From NCBI GenBank assembly GCA_976551045.1, contig CDPCPM010000060.1:3534001-3598000 (forward strand): a stretch of DNA of 64,000 nucleotides, read 5' to 3'. The DNA is from Glaucostegus cemiculus (Eukaryota). Positions 1-12,703 of the stretch are shown here, piece by piece. The translations under genes were made by a program, and so were the position numbers. A model generated the notes under the pieces. It did no database searches, was not told the origin of the DNA, and was given only the letters and a program-made list of their open reading frames with translations. Numbering within the stretch: position 1 is the stretch's first letter; every line of letters begins with the position of its first letter.

Positions 1-699
1 GTCTGCCAGAAAGCTTGCTTTCAAAGGCTAGTGGCATGGAGCAATGCAACGCCAACATGGTCTGAAGTTTTGCAGTCAGCTTGTAGCCCACTCATTCCCA
101 TGTGGAAATAATAACTAACTCCATTTGCACACTTGCTTCCCCAACCACAATGGTGGCTGAGGACACTAGGTTCCTTTGAACCAGATGCAGCAGCCACCCA
201 ACATCCCGGAAGAGTGGGAATAGCTCCATGGCGCATGAGCTGCCCATGATCTCCCAGTAAGGTAGCCACTCTCTTCCCTTTCTTGCTACTCTGCCAGTGC
301 TCACGTTTTTCCTTTCTGGCAGCTGGCCTGCACTGCTGTGGCACCTACCAAGATGGTGGAGGCACCCAGACCTTTGAAACCCAGAGATGCATGTGGTCAT
401 CCCATAAGGCTCTCTGCATCTGCCTCCTCATCAGTCTTCCATCAGATATGCTGGAGTCATCGGTATGGCATTGCATAGGAATGTCAAGTCAGCCAAAGGC
501 ACTTTAAAGGCAGGGACCAAGGGGATGCACAAGGGTGCTTAATTGGCTTGAAATCATGCTTTATTGCATATTAATGTGTAGATGTGTTTTGAAATCTTTT
601 CTGTGGCAACTTTCATTTTTGTCTCATGATCCAAGTAGTCAGCAACAGAGGGATAGTCAAGCTGGGACTGTCAGTGAATAGAGTCTGGGGCTGTGATTC

Positions 700-1363
700 A
701 AAAGCAGAAAATGCTGGGGATATTCAGCAGGTCAGGCAGCATTTGTGGAAAGAGAAACAGAGTTAATGGATCTTGTCAAAGGCCCTTCACCAGAACTGGG
801 AAAGCAAGAAAACAAATTAATTTCAAGTTGCAAAAAGGGTAGCAGAGGGATGGGTAGGACAAAGGGAATATATCTGAGAGGGTGTGGCCAGTGCTGCCTT
901 GGTGATAAGCTGTTCATGAAGCCATCTGTTTGATAGATTAATGGGAGAAGTTAGAGTGAAAGAAAACAAATAAAGGAACATGTGGAAGTTGTGAAATGTT
1001 GGTCAGAGCTATTAGTAATGACCAGCAGATCAAGTTGTATCAGCAAATAGAGAAAAACTGAATTAATATTACAGATTGATAATCTACATTTAAATCAATC
1101 AGTTCTGATACAGAGAAAGCAAATTACCTGAAACTGTTGAATATGACATTGAATCCTAATGTGCCTGAATGGAACATGAGGCCCCATTCCTCAAGCTTAC
1201 TTTGGGCCTCAGTAGAATAGTACAGGATGCCACCAACAGATAGGTCAGGGTGGGATGGAGAATTAAAGTGACAAATAGCTGGAAGCTCAGTGTCACCCTT
1301 TCAGACTGAATGTAGGAGCTCTGCAAAGTGATCACCCAAACTGAGCTCTTGGCTCTGACGTAG
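700..1363 (-). mobile_element. Penelope-like element (PLE) remnant: end of GIY-YIG endonuclease plus pLTR
   Basis: Minus strand reads as decayed YIGE..LGD.FAE...HFNSP...EAQSKLEE...FNSFR*. Terminal block aaatgctggggatattcagcaggtcaggcagcat at about 709-742 recurs throughout the window. Confidence 0.75.
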
Positions 1364-1800
1364 ACAAGATCACAAGACGGAGGAGCAGAAGTAGCTCATT
1401 TGGCCCATTGAGTCTGCTCTGCCACTTCTTCATGAGCTAAATTATTCTCCCATCTAGCCCCAATTCCCTGCCTTTTCCCCATATCCCTTGATACCCTGAC
1501 TAATCAGATACCTATCAATCTCTTCCTTAAACACCCCCAGTGATCAGGCCTCTACAGCTGTATGTGGTAAAGAATTCCATAAATTCACGACCCTCTAGCT
1601 AAAGAAATTTCTTCTCATCTCTGTTTTAAGTGGGTACTCTCTAATTCTAAAACTGTGCCCTCTTGTCCTGGACTCACCCACCAAGGGAAACAACTTAGCC
1701 CCATCTACTCTGTCTAATCCTTTCAACATTTAGAATGTTTCTACAAGGTCCCCTCTCATTTTTCTATACTCCAGTGAATATAGTTCAAGAGCTGACAAGA
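1364..1800 (-). mobile_element. CR1-clade LINE 3' fragment inserted into the PLE
   Basis: Tail acaagatcacaaga, then ggagcagaagtagctcatttggcccattgagtctgctctgcc, a typical chondrichthyan CR1 3' end in reverse. PLE sequence resumes after 1800. Confidence 0.75.
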
Positions 1801-1918
1801 CCACGTTGTGAGTAATGAATATACTACACTAAGAGTGGGAAGAACTGGAAGTGAATCACTGCTTCGTCTGAAAGGTCTGCTTGGATCTCTAAATGGTTGG
1901 AAAGGATGAGGTAAAAGA
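1801..1918 (-). mobile_element. Continuation of the PLE GIY-YIG coding remnant
   Basis: Minus strand gives F.TKQ.FTSSS...LVYIHYSQRG, matching the PLE motif FQV.QRFTC.S.NLVYCI.C..CG that precedes YIGET. Confidence 0.65.
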
Positions 1919-2450
1919 CCATATTTCTGTCTAGGGTAGGGCTTCTTATACTTTTCCAATGAGGCCCAATGTAAACTTGATGAACAGCACTTCATTTTCT
2001 ATCTGGGCACAATGCAGCGCTCAGGACTCAATATTGAGTTCAACAATTTCAGATAATTTGCTTTCTCTACTGGCCAATTCTGCTATAGGTTACCCATTTG
2101 TAATAGTGACTCTCTTCACTGAAACTACCTGATCTGTTGAGTGTTTTTTATAACTTTGACCTGCATTTCACAGCTCTAACATGTCCCTTTGTTTTCTCTA
2201 ATTTCTCTTATTAATATATCACCTGGATGGCTTCATCAACAGCTTATCACCATGAGAACCCTGGCCACACTCTATCACAGATATTTCCTTTGTCCTGTCC
2301 ATTCTTCCCCAACCTCTCTGCAACTTATAACCAAATTGTTTACTTCCGTTCGCAGTCCTGACAATGGGTCCTCAACCTGAAATATTAACTCTCTCTTTGC
2401 ACAGTTGTTGTCTGACCCGCTGATTTTCCAGCATTTTCTGTTTTTTACCT
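1919..2450 (+). mobile_element. Inverted PLE copy: GIY-YIG C-terminus plus pLTR with hammerhead-like motif
   Basis: About 1962-2057 translates EAQCKLDEQHFIFYLGTMQRSGLNIEFNNFR*; ends with ctgacccgctgattttccagcattttctg, the reverse complement of the block at about 705. Confidence 0.8.
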
Positions 2451-5149
2451 TCACCAGAAGGATTTCAGCCATTCAAGGAAGCAGCTCACCACTACGGAGA
2501 AGGGTGGGGAAAAATGTGAGAGTGAAGTAAGAAGGAACAGTATTAATGGAGTTACATGGCAAGATCTAGATGAACACCGGTGAACAAGTGTCAGTTGAAT
2601 TTATTAAAATTCACTATTAATTCTTAATGCTACACTTAAAGAAACATAGAATCTTACAGTAGGTCATTTGATTTATTATCTCTGACTCTTAGAAAATTCT
2701 GCACAATTGGTCCCATTCATTATTTTTTCTCCATAGCCTTGCAATCACCTATCATAGTGAAAGAGAAAGTAACCCACAGTGAAAGGTCATGTGAGTGTAT
2801 GGATCCAATCAGAAGCACACCAGTGGGGCTGACATATTGGTGTGTGATGCTTGTAGTCTTCAGTTTTAAAGTTAGTGACAGGCTGGAACTATTGAATTGG
2901 GCTACATTGTGTAACTCACTGCCAGCCATCCACAATTCATGTACTCCTCATCATCCAGAAACATGAAACCTGTAAATCATTAATATTAAATATGAAACAC
3001 AATTGATCAGAGTATTTCCTCATTATGTATAATTTGACTCTAAATTGCTGCCACAGTGATTTCTCAGATGCAATTTTGAAATATTTATGTGTTTTTCAAA
3101 ATATATTTATTAAAAAAAGTCCATAATTAGATTAGTGAATCTCATTAATTTCTTAGTCTCTCTTATATTAATTTTTTCCCCTGGAAGATAGAACCTCCAC
3201 ACTGCAAAACCTCCATAAATTGTGAGAGTTGTGGCAATAGCTGTTAAATCTTTTTTGAAACATGGACTGCTTCATAAAATTCCTATTTAAATAGGGATTA
3301 GCTTAATTATTTTATCTTGCACCTGATATTTCAAGCACTTCATTCACTGAAATATTCATGAAAACATGTGACAGATTTGTAAATTTTGTCTTTAACAGTT
3401 ATACACTGCTTTATGAGCATTTTAATCAGGATGTATTTGCTTGAAGAAACCATACGAGGAAGTTAATGATTTTGCTAATTTGAAAAATGCTGGTATGATT
3501 ACCTAAGGTTAACTGATTTGGGCATTTTACAGAATAGAGTACAAAGTAAATTTACTCTCTGCAGCAAGCAATCAGGAAGTAGAACCAATATTCTTACTTT
3601 CTTTATTTGCTTCTGTTGTTTTTTTTGCATTCGATTTCTTTTCAAACTGTTTCTTTTTCTTGTTCCCTTCCTCCTTCTCATTCCTCTCTTACTTTATTAA
3701 ATCTCCCTTGTACCTCATTCCCTGGTTTCTTTTTCAACGTCTTTCCTCCTTTTTTCCTCCTTTCTTTCTCAATCTCATCATTCTCTCTCTCTCTTCATGT
3801 TTCAATGTTTTCATTGGCTATGATTATCTCTAAGAAGTCTTTCACAGTACATCTGATACCTAACCAGTTGGAAGAACAAACTGTTGACCCTCTGTTTGCT
3901 TGAGTCAATAGTTTGTCTCAGAAGCATTCTGTGTAATGGAAGAGGTCAGGTAGACCAGACAAGGTGTCAGCTCTTCAGTTAAGTAATACAACCCCAACTG
4001 GGACTTGGCAGAGTTCCTATGCACAGTGAATATTGTGATTGAATCAGTCCCAGCACTTGAAGTGAAACCCACTGAGAGTGTGCACCTGGCAAGATTGATG
4101 TGAAAAATGAAGACAGGCTTTTGAAAATATTTTCTAACTCATCGTGATGAGATTTGGATCAATTTGTTACCATCTCAATTGCATCCAGGTCAAATCAAAT
4201 TGGACTTGAGACATAATTCCAACACATTCTGGACAAATGCAGCACTGTGTCTTGTGACAAATAACATGTCAAACCATCTGAAAAGATCATTAAACTATTA
4301 AGAAAGCTTGAATCTCCTGCTACTGTGATAGTCCAGTGTAGTTCTGAGCCACAGAAATCAGATACAGATGAAGCAATTGACCCTGCATAAATGCCAGCAA
4401 TCAGTATTTGTCATGAATAATCAGTGCCTGCTTGTCTGCATTTGTAGGCAAAAGGAACTCCTCCTCTTAGCAACAATCCCTATTGGCAGCACTCCTGGTA
4501 AGTAACTCACTTAATCACTTCCAGAATCATTTAATATTACCACAGTGTTACTCCTACTTCCTCCACTGGTGCCTCTAAGCATGTGTGGATCTCTTCCTTT
4601 GGTGTCACTTCTTGCATGTCTCCTCAGCCATGGTCTCAAATATAGGTGTTCTGAGAGGAAGAAGTAAGATGAAGAATGGCGTCATAAAATTGGTGGGGGC
4701 AACAGAGTGTCATCATAAATGGGAGACAGGAGTATGAAGGCAAGAATTTCATTGTGGGTTGAAGGATGAGAAGAATTACCTGCTTTAACTAAGTGTCAGG
4801 TTCTGATTAGCATCAGTGAAAACTTGTGTTGGGCAAGATCAATGGCTCATGCCACTGTGAAAACTTTCTAAAGTGGTTAACAGCCTATTCAGAAACTTGA
4901 GCGTTGAAATTGGAACCTCTTATGCATGTTTTCAATGTGCCAATAATAGTGGTCTTAGCCAGGATAGATTGAAATTGTGATCACCTCTGGGTGAAATTAA
5001 GTATTTGGTGAAACTGGCCCAGGCATTTCCATAATCAATTCATTTTAGTGCAATTGAGTTTTACTCTGTATCTTTTGAACATCAAATGATGCCACAGGTC
5101 ACATGGCACATGTTTTCTGTGCCCATGGCAGAATTGGTGGCTTTTGTGC

Positions 5150-5640
5150 ATCACCTATGATCTTCTCACAGAAAAACTTAGGAAGACATTGCACAGGGTT
5201 TGGAAGTGTGACAGTAGTTAAATGCCTGTCATAAAGATATATCTTACCGACAGCATTTACCAGCTTCACTTTTCAGTGGCCAGCATTGTGGAAAATGACT
5301 TATTGGTGGTTGCTTCACTGATTGCAGCCCCTTTGTACAGACCACTACTGTGTTGCTTGCTACAATCAATGGTTCCTTTACCAGCCCATAACTTGGCAAT
5401 TGCAGTACAATAGTTGTGCAGGATGGACATCCATGTAGCTAGTGCCGAGGTACAAAGGAGGCCACGATTTTCCTCTCCTATGCATTCCCTCATCTCAATG
5501 GCAGCCTTTACTCCACCTATACTGTGGCTGCTATGGGGAGAGTTTTGTTTAGAACTGATTCACTTTTCAACGGTCGACTATGATCTCTGCACAGAGGTCC
5601 TGGCAGGAGTTGCACTGTTCCTGTTTTAGCACATGAACCT
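5150..5640 (+). mobile_element. Highly decayed PIF/Harbinger (HARBI1-type) transposase remnant
   Basis: Frameshifted fragments in the expected order resembling IDC (gattgc), HV.ARY.G.HD (atccatgtagctagtgccgaggtacaaaggaggccacgat) and WLLG (tggctgctatgggga). Weak. Confidence 0.35.
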
Positions 5641-6074
5641 GTATGATTAATGTCATAACTCTTCTTTTGCCTAACTTACAAACTTTTTTAAGAAATCCAA
5701 GTGAGCATTTAAACAAAACATGATCAGTAGATTAAAAGAGTTTGAAATCCAGGTGATAAACCACCAAAACGGATGATAATTTATGTGTGGGGAAATTAAG
5801 CAAAGTCCCTGCAATTTTTACCACAATAATCTTCAATCTGAACAAATTCAAGGGAAGAAGAAAGTTTAACTGGCTCACAGATTAGGGCACAGTAAGCCTG
5901 TGCCTGCTTGCAACTTTAATATAACTACATATCATCAGACGAAAATCAGGCTAGCTTCAAAGTTGGTATATGTTTAGAGGTTATGTCTGCTCTTGCTAGT
6001 TTTCAGACTGGAACCTTTAGACATAATTGGGTAACTTTTGTCAAAATTCTCCTACAACTGAATGAAATTTGTTG

Positions 6075-6627
6075 AATCAGAATCAGGTTTATTATCACTG
6101 ACATATGACAGGAATTTTTTTGTTTTGCAGCAACAGTACAATGCAAGACATAAAAATTACTTTAAGTTACAAAAACAAATAGTGCAAAAGAGGAATAATG
6201 AGGTAGTGTTCATGGGTACATAACCGTTCAGAGATCTGATAGCGGAGGGGAAGAAGCTGTTGAGTGTGGGTCTTCAGGCTCCTGTACCACCTCCCCCAAT
6301 GGTAGTATCACGAAGAGGGCATGTCCCAGATGGTGAGGGTCTTTAATGATGGATGCTGCCTTCTTGAAGCACCACCTCTTGAAAATGTCCTCGACGACGG
6401 GGAGGGTTGTGCCCATGATGGAGCTGGCTGAGTCTCTTTCGATCCAGCGCATTGGAGCCTTCATACCAGGCAATGATGCAACCAGTCAGAATGCTCTCCA
6501 CCAGACATCTGTAGACATTTGTAAGAGCCTTTAATGACATACCAGATCTCCTCCTAATGAAGTAGAGCTGCTGATGTGCCTTCTTTGTGATTACATCAAT
6601 ATGTTGGGCCCAAGATAGATCCTCTAA
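6075..6627 (-). mobile_element. Rex1/Babar-type LINE 3' fragment
   Basis: ORF 6343-6540 contains LTNVYRCLVESILTGCIIAWY and ORF 6228-6473 contains KKAASIIKDPHHLGHALF, both typical of this clade's C-terminus; tail aatcagaatcaggtttattatcactgac. Confidence 0.8.
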
Positions 6628-9194
6628 GGTAGCTATTGGTGAAGATGGGAATCAAGTTTGTCAGCAATGCCCTACATTGTCAAACAACTTGCCAGCTCTA
6701 ACTATCATACGTGGATGAAATAATTGAGCCCAGCTTACAGTATAGGATTGTACTGTTACTAAAAGTCAGCTCATTTAGCAGAAGAGGGCAGAAAAATATG
6801 AAATCAAACATTGTGTTTGAAAGCCAGGAAAATAGAGAGATCATTCCCAAATCTTGGCTTAATTGTCCTCGATTTAATTTTGAGTAGGGCACTTTCTTTC
6901 ACTTAGATAGAAACTAAGCTGGATCAAGCTGAACATTTCAGTATCAGCATTTGAAACTTTCTGGTTTGGTTTTAGAACCCAAAGGAATGAAAGATAGAAT
7001 GGATGTGGCCATTAAACAAGTTACCCAATTTTCCATTAAGATGAATTTTCTTTTGAAAATTGGAGCACACTGAAGCTAGACAATATCAGTGGTAAAACGA
7101 GGCATGTTTCATGTATTCAGGCTATGTCATTGTAGATGCCTTTTCTGCAAACAGTCCTGTGAGTATATTTAACATTGTGGCTTAGAAGTGATTGGCAGAG
7201 TTATTCGTGTTTCGGTGTTGTGAGGTTAATCTTATGTTAAGTTTTTTCTTTCTCTCTTTCCCTTTCTCTTTTATTCTTTCTCTTTCAACCACGTACTTTA
7301 CCTCTTTCTCTTTTTGGAACATTTAAATAATCCATTCTCCAAATATCTGTTGTAGGTTAATGCAGACATTTAAACGGCTTCTTGCTTCACTAAACCAGTC
7401 TATTGAGTCTGCAAATTGACTACAATTCCAGAAACATGTAACTGTGAATAAATACAGGGTTAATTTTATGCTTTGTATGCACACATGTCAGTGTGTGTAA
7501 GGTTATATTTTTCAGTAACCAGAGGGTCATGTAACAGTCTGTGTATTATAACTGGTAATCAAATCCAGCCTTTCCCCATTTGAACTTTAAGTGATTGAAT
7601 CTCTGGTTTTCACTTTGCTGGTGCACCCTGTTGTTTTTTACCATTTTGAGGGAATCGTATAAGCCATGGTGATTACATCACTGACATCAAACAGCTCTCC
7701 GGGATATGACTTTCCCTCATAGGCCTCTGTATTTGCCCTGTGCATAACAGTACGTAGAGTCACACAATATAAATCCATTGGTTTACAGCAATTCACTCCA
7801 GTGATGTTGGAGAGCTTGCACTATTATATGTTTTATGACCCTATAGTTTTGCCTTTTCGGTTAAAGGTCCAGTTATATTTACTCCATGATTTTCTATTTC
7901 TAACATACATTTGAGTCTGCAATTATATTCTTAGAAAGTAACTACTATTCAGTGATATAATGATGTTCTGTTATGTTATGGAGTGGGACAACATAAAATG
8001 ACATCCTATATTTTACTTTCACCGCCAATTTCTTTCCCTTTGTCCTGACTTACAGAGAGTGAAGGTACATAAATGTCTGCAAGTATTCAGAGCCTCGGCT
8101 AAGTAGCCATTTTTCATGGGTGAGGTTGGACAGCTTGTGCATGGGTCCTCACCAATACTTGTATCTTTACACCATCCAGTAGGAGTCAGTGTAAAGTATT
8201 CAGGGATGGGAAATGTATTTTTTCTCTCCTTTCCTGAAGAAGATTCACTGACATTGATTCCTTTTGATTCCATTTACTGCAAGTTTGAAGCAGTACTGAA
8301 TGAGAGAATCTTGGACAACTGATTGTTTTCAGAATCATTTTGGGGTGGTTGGGCAGGAGAGGAGTGGGGAGGGGAAGAAGGGGAGGTGCAGCCTATCGTG
8401 TGATGTATTTACCAAATGATCAGCCAGATGATCAATAGATTATATCCTAAATAGAACCCAAGTCCTCCTTTGCAGGAAGCGAAAGGGTAAATCACTTTTA
8501 GCTAGTCAGTAGACTTCCTAGTGAATCAATGTTGATAGACATGGAGAAGCACTTTGTCTGTCCACTCTCAGACCTGGCAAATGTTGTATTGAATGTAGGA
8601 AAGATCTTTGAACAAACTGTCAACATTTGATTGTAAGGTACTTCAAACCCTTGATGGATTTTCATATGCTATGCACACCCAAGCTCTTTACAGTGGCTTT
8701 CACTGCGGAGCTGGCAAATTCTGTGGGATCCTCAGTTTTCAATTCTCCTTATGAATTCTTCACTAATTTAGGGATCTCTGGTATTGCTGCCAGAATCAAA
8801 GCATTGCCAGATGGAAAGCATAATAAGTTCCATTCTCCAGTAGTGAATTAACACTCACCCTGATGAGTGACAGATTATGTTGGCTCGCATTTCTCAAAAT
8901 GTTCATTTTTAACTATAGTTCTATTTTCTCTCGAGTTTTCTCTTTTAAAAGCATTGATTCATGGTGTGTTCCACAGAAATCAGAAATGCTTAACCACCTT
9001 GCCTAAATAGCCATTCTATATTCGGTAGCTTGTTCAACAAACTGTTCCCCTGTTAAGCCATTTTAGAGAGGTTCAAAGTTTCCTCATCCCATGTCCACAC
9101 ACAGACAATTTCCATTATGAGTAAAAAAAAAGAACAAAAAGAAGGAAATATTTACACTTTTTTATTCTGCCCTCAAGCCAGGTATTGTCAGTAC

Positions 9195-9420
9195 ATTGTA
9201 AAGCCCAACAGCTACCTCGGAGACATGGCAACCAATATGTGCACTGGAAGCTCCCACTTCAGCATTATAAATAATGTCCAGATAAACCTTTTAGTTATTT
9301 TGATAGAGTGATAAATATTAGCCAGAACACCAAAGAATGGACTCTTCTGCTCTCAAAAATAGTGTTTTGGGATCTTTTATATTCATGTGAGAAAGCAAAT
9401 GAGGTCTTAGAATTAATTAC
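9195..9420 (-). mobile_element. DeuSINE-like fragment
   Basis: atggcaaccaatatgtgcactggaagctcccac...gataaatattagccagaacacc...gggatcttttat resembles the copies at 36150 and 41895. Confidence 0.5.
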
Positions 9421-9469
9421 TTGTATTTCTTAAATCTTTTCAGCAAGGGTTACTTTGGGGCATGGCACT

Positions 9470-9797
9470 GGGCACCACAGTGGTGTAGTGGTTAGCACTG
9501 CTGTCTCACAGCTACAACGACCCAGGTTCAATGCTGACCTTGGCTGCTGTCTGTGTGGAGTTTGCATGTTCATGCTGTGATAACAAAGGTTTCCTCTGAG
9601 TGATCTGGATTCCTCCCACATGCCAAAATTGGGTGGTTAGTGGGTTAAATGGCCATTGCAGATTGTCCCTAGTGAGAGTGGGTGCCAAGAGAATCAGGGA
9701 AGAGAGTGGTTGATGGGGATGTGAAAGGAAAAATGAAATTAGTGCTTGATGTTTGCATGTGGGCTGAAGGGCCTGTTTCCATGCTCTGTGATTCTTT
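9470..9797 (+). mobile_element. tRNA-derived V-SINE (HE1-like)
   Basis: A box tggtgtagtgg, B-box-like ggttcaatgc, V domain gctgtctgtgtggagtttgcatgttc...ttcctcccaca, CR1-type tail gggctgaagggcctgtttccatgct. Confidence 0.85.
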
Positions 9798-11424
9798 GTA
9801 AGTTCAAATTGATTCAGCCTCTGATTCCAGTGGAAGGTGTCCTAGTGTATAAAATTCTTTGTTATTCGCTGCTTCAATTTTAAGTTTACCTGATATTGAA
9901 CTGAGAATCATATCTTTGATTGATAAACTAAGTTAGATGATTAAGCTGTGAATCGTACCTTTTAATGTACTTTGTATTGCACTTCATAAAGGTGAACATA
10001 AGCCTCACAATAATTACTTCTCGTAAATTGTGAAATTAGTTAGGAATGAATTGCTTCAGGTGGGAAAACCTGCAGATTGGGAAATGCTTGCAAATGTCAA
10101 GCTTGAGGCCAAGAGAAACGTACATGGAATAACTTTTACTTTCACTCTATTTAGGATTGCTGCGCTCAACATGTGAGCGAGGCACTACCGTGCCATGCAT
10201 TTTAGAAGGGAAATCTTAAATGAATTGAGAGTCTAGTGAACATAACTAACAATCTGGGTGATGCTGTTTTATAGTAAGCTGATTAAAAAGAATCATTTTG
10301 GCCAAATGCCTGTTTGAAATAGCTTGTACTCAAAACCCATACAAGATAGTGCTGCATAGTTGTAATTCAGAGGCATTTTAAAAAGGTCCTGTGTTTACCT
10401 TCAAAAAAGAGACAGCTCTCTGCTTAGGAAGTTTCTGCACCGAGATTTAATATAAGGTTGCTAATTATCTGCATGGGCAGAGGATTTATGAAGAATTATA
10501 TTGTACTTTGAGTTTTATTTTTCTTCACCATATCCACAATTATTTTTACATATGGTAGAAGGCAAACGAGACTGAGAGTGTTGGGAGGCAGCTGCAATAA
10601 ACCTGTTCTGCACAGGGCTCAGGAGATGCAGATAGAAGGCAGAGCTGAAGGTTCAATCTTCTGCTGAAGGAGAAGGGGAAAATAAAGTGAAGATACAGCC
10701 CCAAAGTTGTTTTGATTTCAACTCCTGTGCCTTGCATTCTAAAAGGTACTGGCAAAAGTCTGGAATAGTTTGCCAAACCTAAACTGTGGCTGGTGTGCTG
10801 CTTGGAGAATCCAATGGAGAAGGAAGCAGAGTCTATTGTCAATTTTTTACCAATCTTCTTATCCCATTTTTAAAAAGTTGCAGTTTCCAGTGTTTCCTTT
10901 CACTTTTGCCTCTATAGTTTCTGAGCTCAAGGATCAGCAGGTGGCTTGTTTCCATCTTATGGTCAGTCTTGGTGTTGAGACAGACATTAGTGGATATGTA
11001 AAGGCAATTTAAAATCACTTGTTTAGGTCTTTCTGCTTGGCTTTCACCCCAAACAGCCCACTAAATGTTAGACAAACATGTTGTGGTGAACCCTGGCATG
11101 CACTGCATCCAATGACACCTCCATCCTCACTCTCACAGGGCACTCACTGGCCAGCCATCCACTAGAGACATCCTGGCAGATGCCCAAAAGACTCTATGGG
11201 AAGTCTAGTTTATTTTGTGCACCTAATTCATTGGCAGAGCGAACACAAGCTGAGGCTGAAAATAATTCTCACCATCTGAGGTTGAAGAGGGTGGATTGAA
11301 GGAGATTTCCATTTCCAGTGAGAAGATGGTGGTGAGAGGAGCAGGGTTCAGAATGGAGAATAGATCCAAATGATTCTTGTGAAGCTTGCAAAAGTAAACC
11401 TTTTCCTCCAAGCTGTACAAGAAA

Positions 11425-11708
11425 GGTAGTGTAGCAGTTAGTGTAATGCTGTTACAGTGCCAGTGACCCGGGTTCAATTCCGGCCACTGTCTGTGAGTTT
11501 GTACGTCCTCCCTGTGTCTGCGTGGATTTACTCCGTGTGCTCCAGTTTCCTCCCACATTCCAAAGAAGTACGAGTTAGGAAGTTGTGGGCATGCTATGTT
11601 GGCACCAGAATTGTGGCAACACTTGCAGGCTTCCCCCAGAACACTCTACGCAAAAGATGTATTTCACTGTGTTTTTCTATGTACATGTGACCAATAAAGA
11701 TTTTTTAT
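11425..11708 (+). mobile_element. tRNA-derived V-SINE
   Basis: B box gggttcaattcc; V domain gtttgtacgtcctccctgtgtctgcgtggatttactccgtgtgctccagtttcctcccacattccaaag; aataaa near the end. Confidence 0.85.
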
Positions 11709-11766
11709 CTAAATGTATATACTTACAAGGGATTCCATTCTGACTAGACCAGCTGTTTACGCTGGA

Positions 11767-12080
11767 GACAAAAACACAAAATGCTGGAAATGCTCAGCAG
11801 GTCAGGAAGCATCTATGGAAAAAGAAACAGAATTAACATTTCAGGGCCAATAAGAGAAGGGCAGAACAAACAGAATATTTCTGGTAAGGTGAGTTAGATG
11901 AAATAATGTGATATTCTCTTTGTCCTAAGCATCCCTCCCCCATTTTCTCTGCTACTGAAAATTAACTTGCTTTCTCACTTTTTGAGTTCTGACAAAGGGT
12001 CTCTGACCTGAAACATTAACTGTTTCTCTTTCCATAGATGATGTCTAATCTGTTGAGTATTCCTATTTTTTTTCTGTTTT
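11767..12080. mobile_element. Short PLE derivative with inverted pLTR ends
   Basis: Left end aaaatgctggaaatgctcagcaggtcagg...aattaacatttcagg; right end cctgaaacattaactgtttctctttccatagatg...tgagtattcc is its reverse complement. Confidence 0.75.
11985..12021 (+). ncRNA. Decayed minimal type-I hammerhead ribozyme motif
   Basis: AGUU-CUGACAA-AGG(GUCUCUGA)CCU-GAAA-CAUU-AACU: stem I AGUU/AACU, stem II AGG/CCU; core G8>A, and the stem III palindrome ACGU>ACAU. Confidence 0.6.
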
Positions 12081-12703
12081 TGTTCCCCACGTCCAAGAAT
12101 TTTTTTTTTGGTTTTCGTAAAATGATGATGCTGGGGAAGTGGGTCTGGGACCAGAGAGACTAACCAACATAATGGATATACAGGGCTTATTTTGAGAGAG
12201 GCTATCAACTTGCAGTATACACTTTGGTTAATCTTGGCCTAATATGTCAGTATTGTATGTCATGGGCATTTTAAAGGATCTGTTACCTAACACGGGCTGG
12301 TACTTCTACCACCCAAAGGTTGATGTTGGGAAGAAATGGCAAATGGGAGTAGCTCAGGTAGAAATGTTGGTCAGCATGGACGAGTTGGGCCAAGGGACCT
12401 GTTTTTGCACAGTGTAACTCTATAGATCTATGGCTCTAAAGGGCAGCTGCTAGGCAGCAGTAATGCAGTAGTGAGGAAGGTCCCAATAAGTCCTGGATGC
12501 TGCATTCAAATTCTGCCAGAAGCTTCAGAATCATTGTGACAATAGCAGGCTTTCTCTCTTAGCAAAATATTTATCATCTGTATTTAAATTATTACGCATA
12601 TTAGCACATGCTTTTTGAACACTTCAAATTATTTTAGTGAAGTAGTATGGCACTTATTGAAATTATTGAATCTATGTTCTTCTCCTTTACATTTAACAGC
12701 AGA

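Noticed and set aside
1098-1140. ctgata...cctgaaac as a plus-strand hammerhead
   Set aside because: No stem II; the gaaac is the reverse of the GIY-YIG FNSFR* end.
3499-3903. Lys-rich and Phe-rich ORFs
   Set aside because: Artefacts of a low-complexity pyrimidine tract.
9470-9545. tRNA-like heads (also 11425 and 58860)
   Set aside because: They continue into SINE bodies and lack a complete cloverleaf, so they are not tRNA genes.
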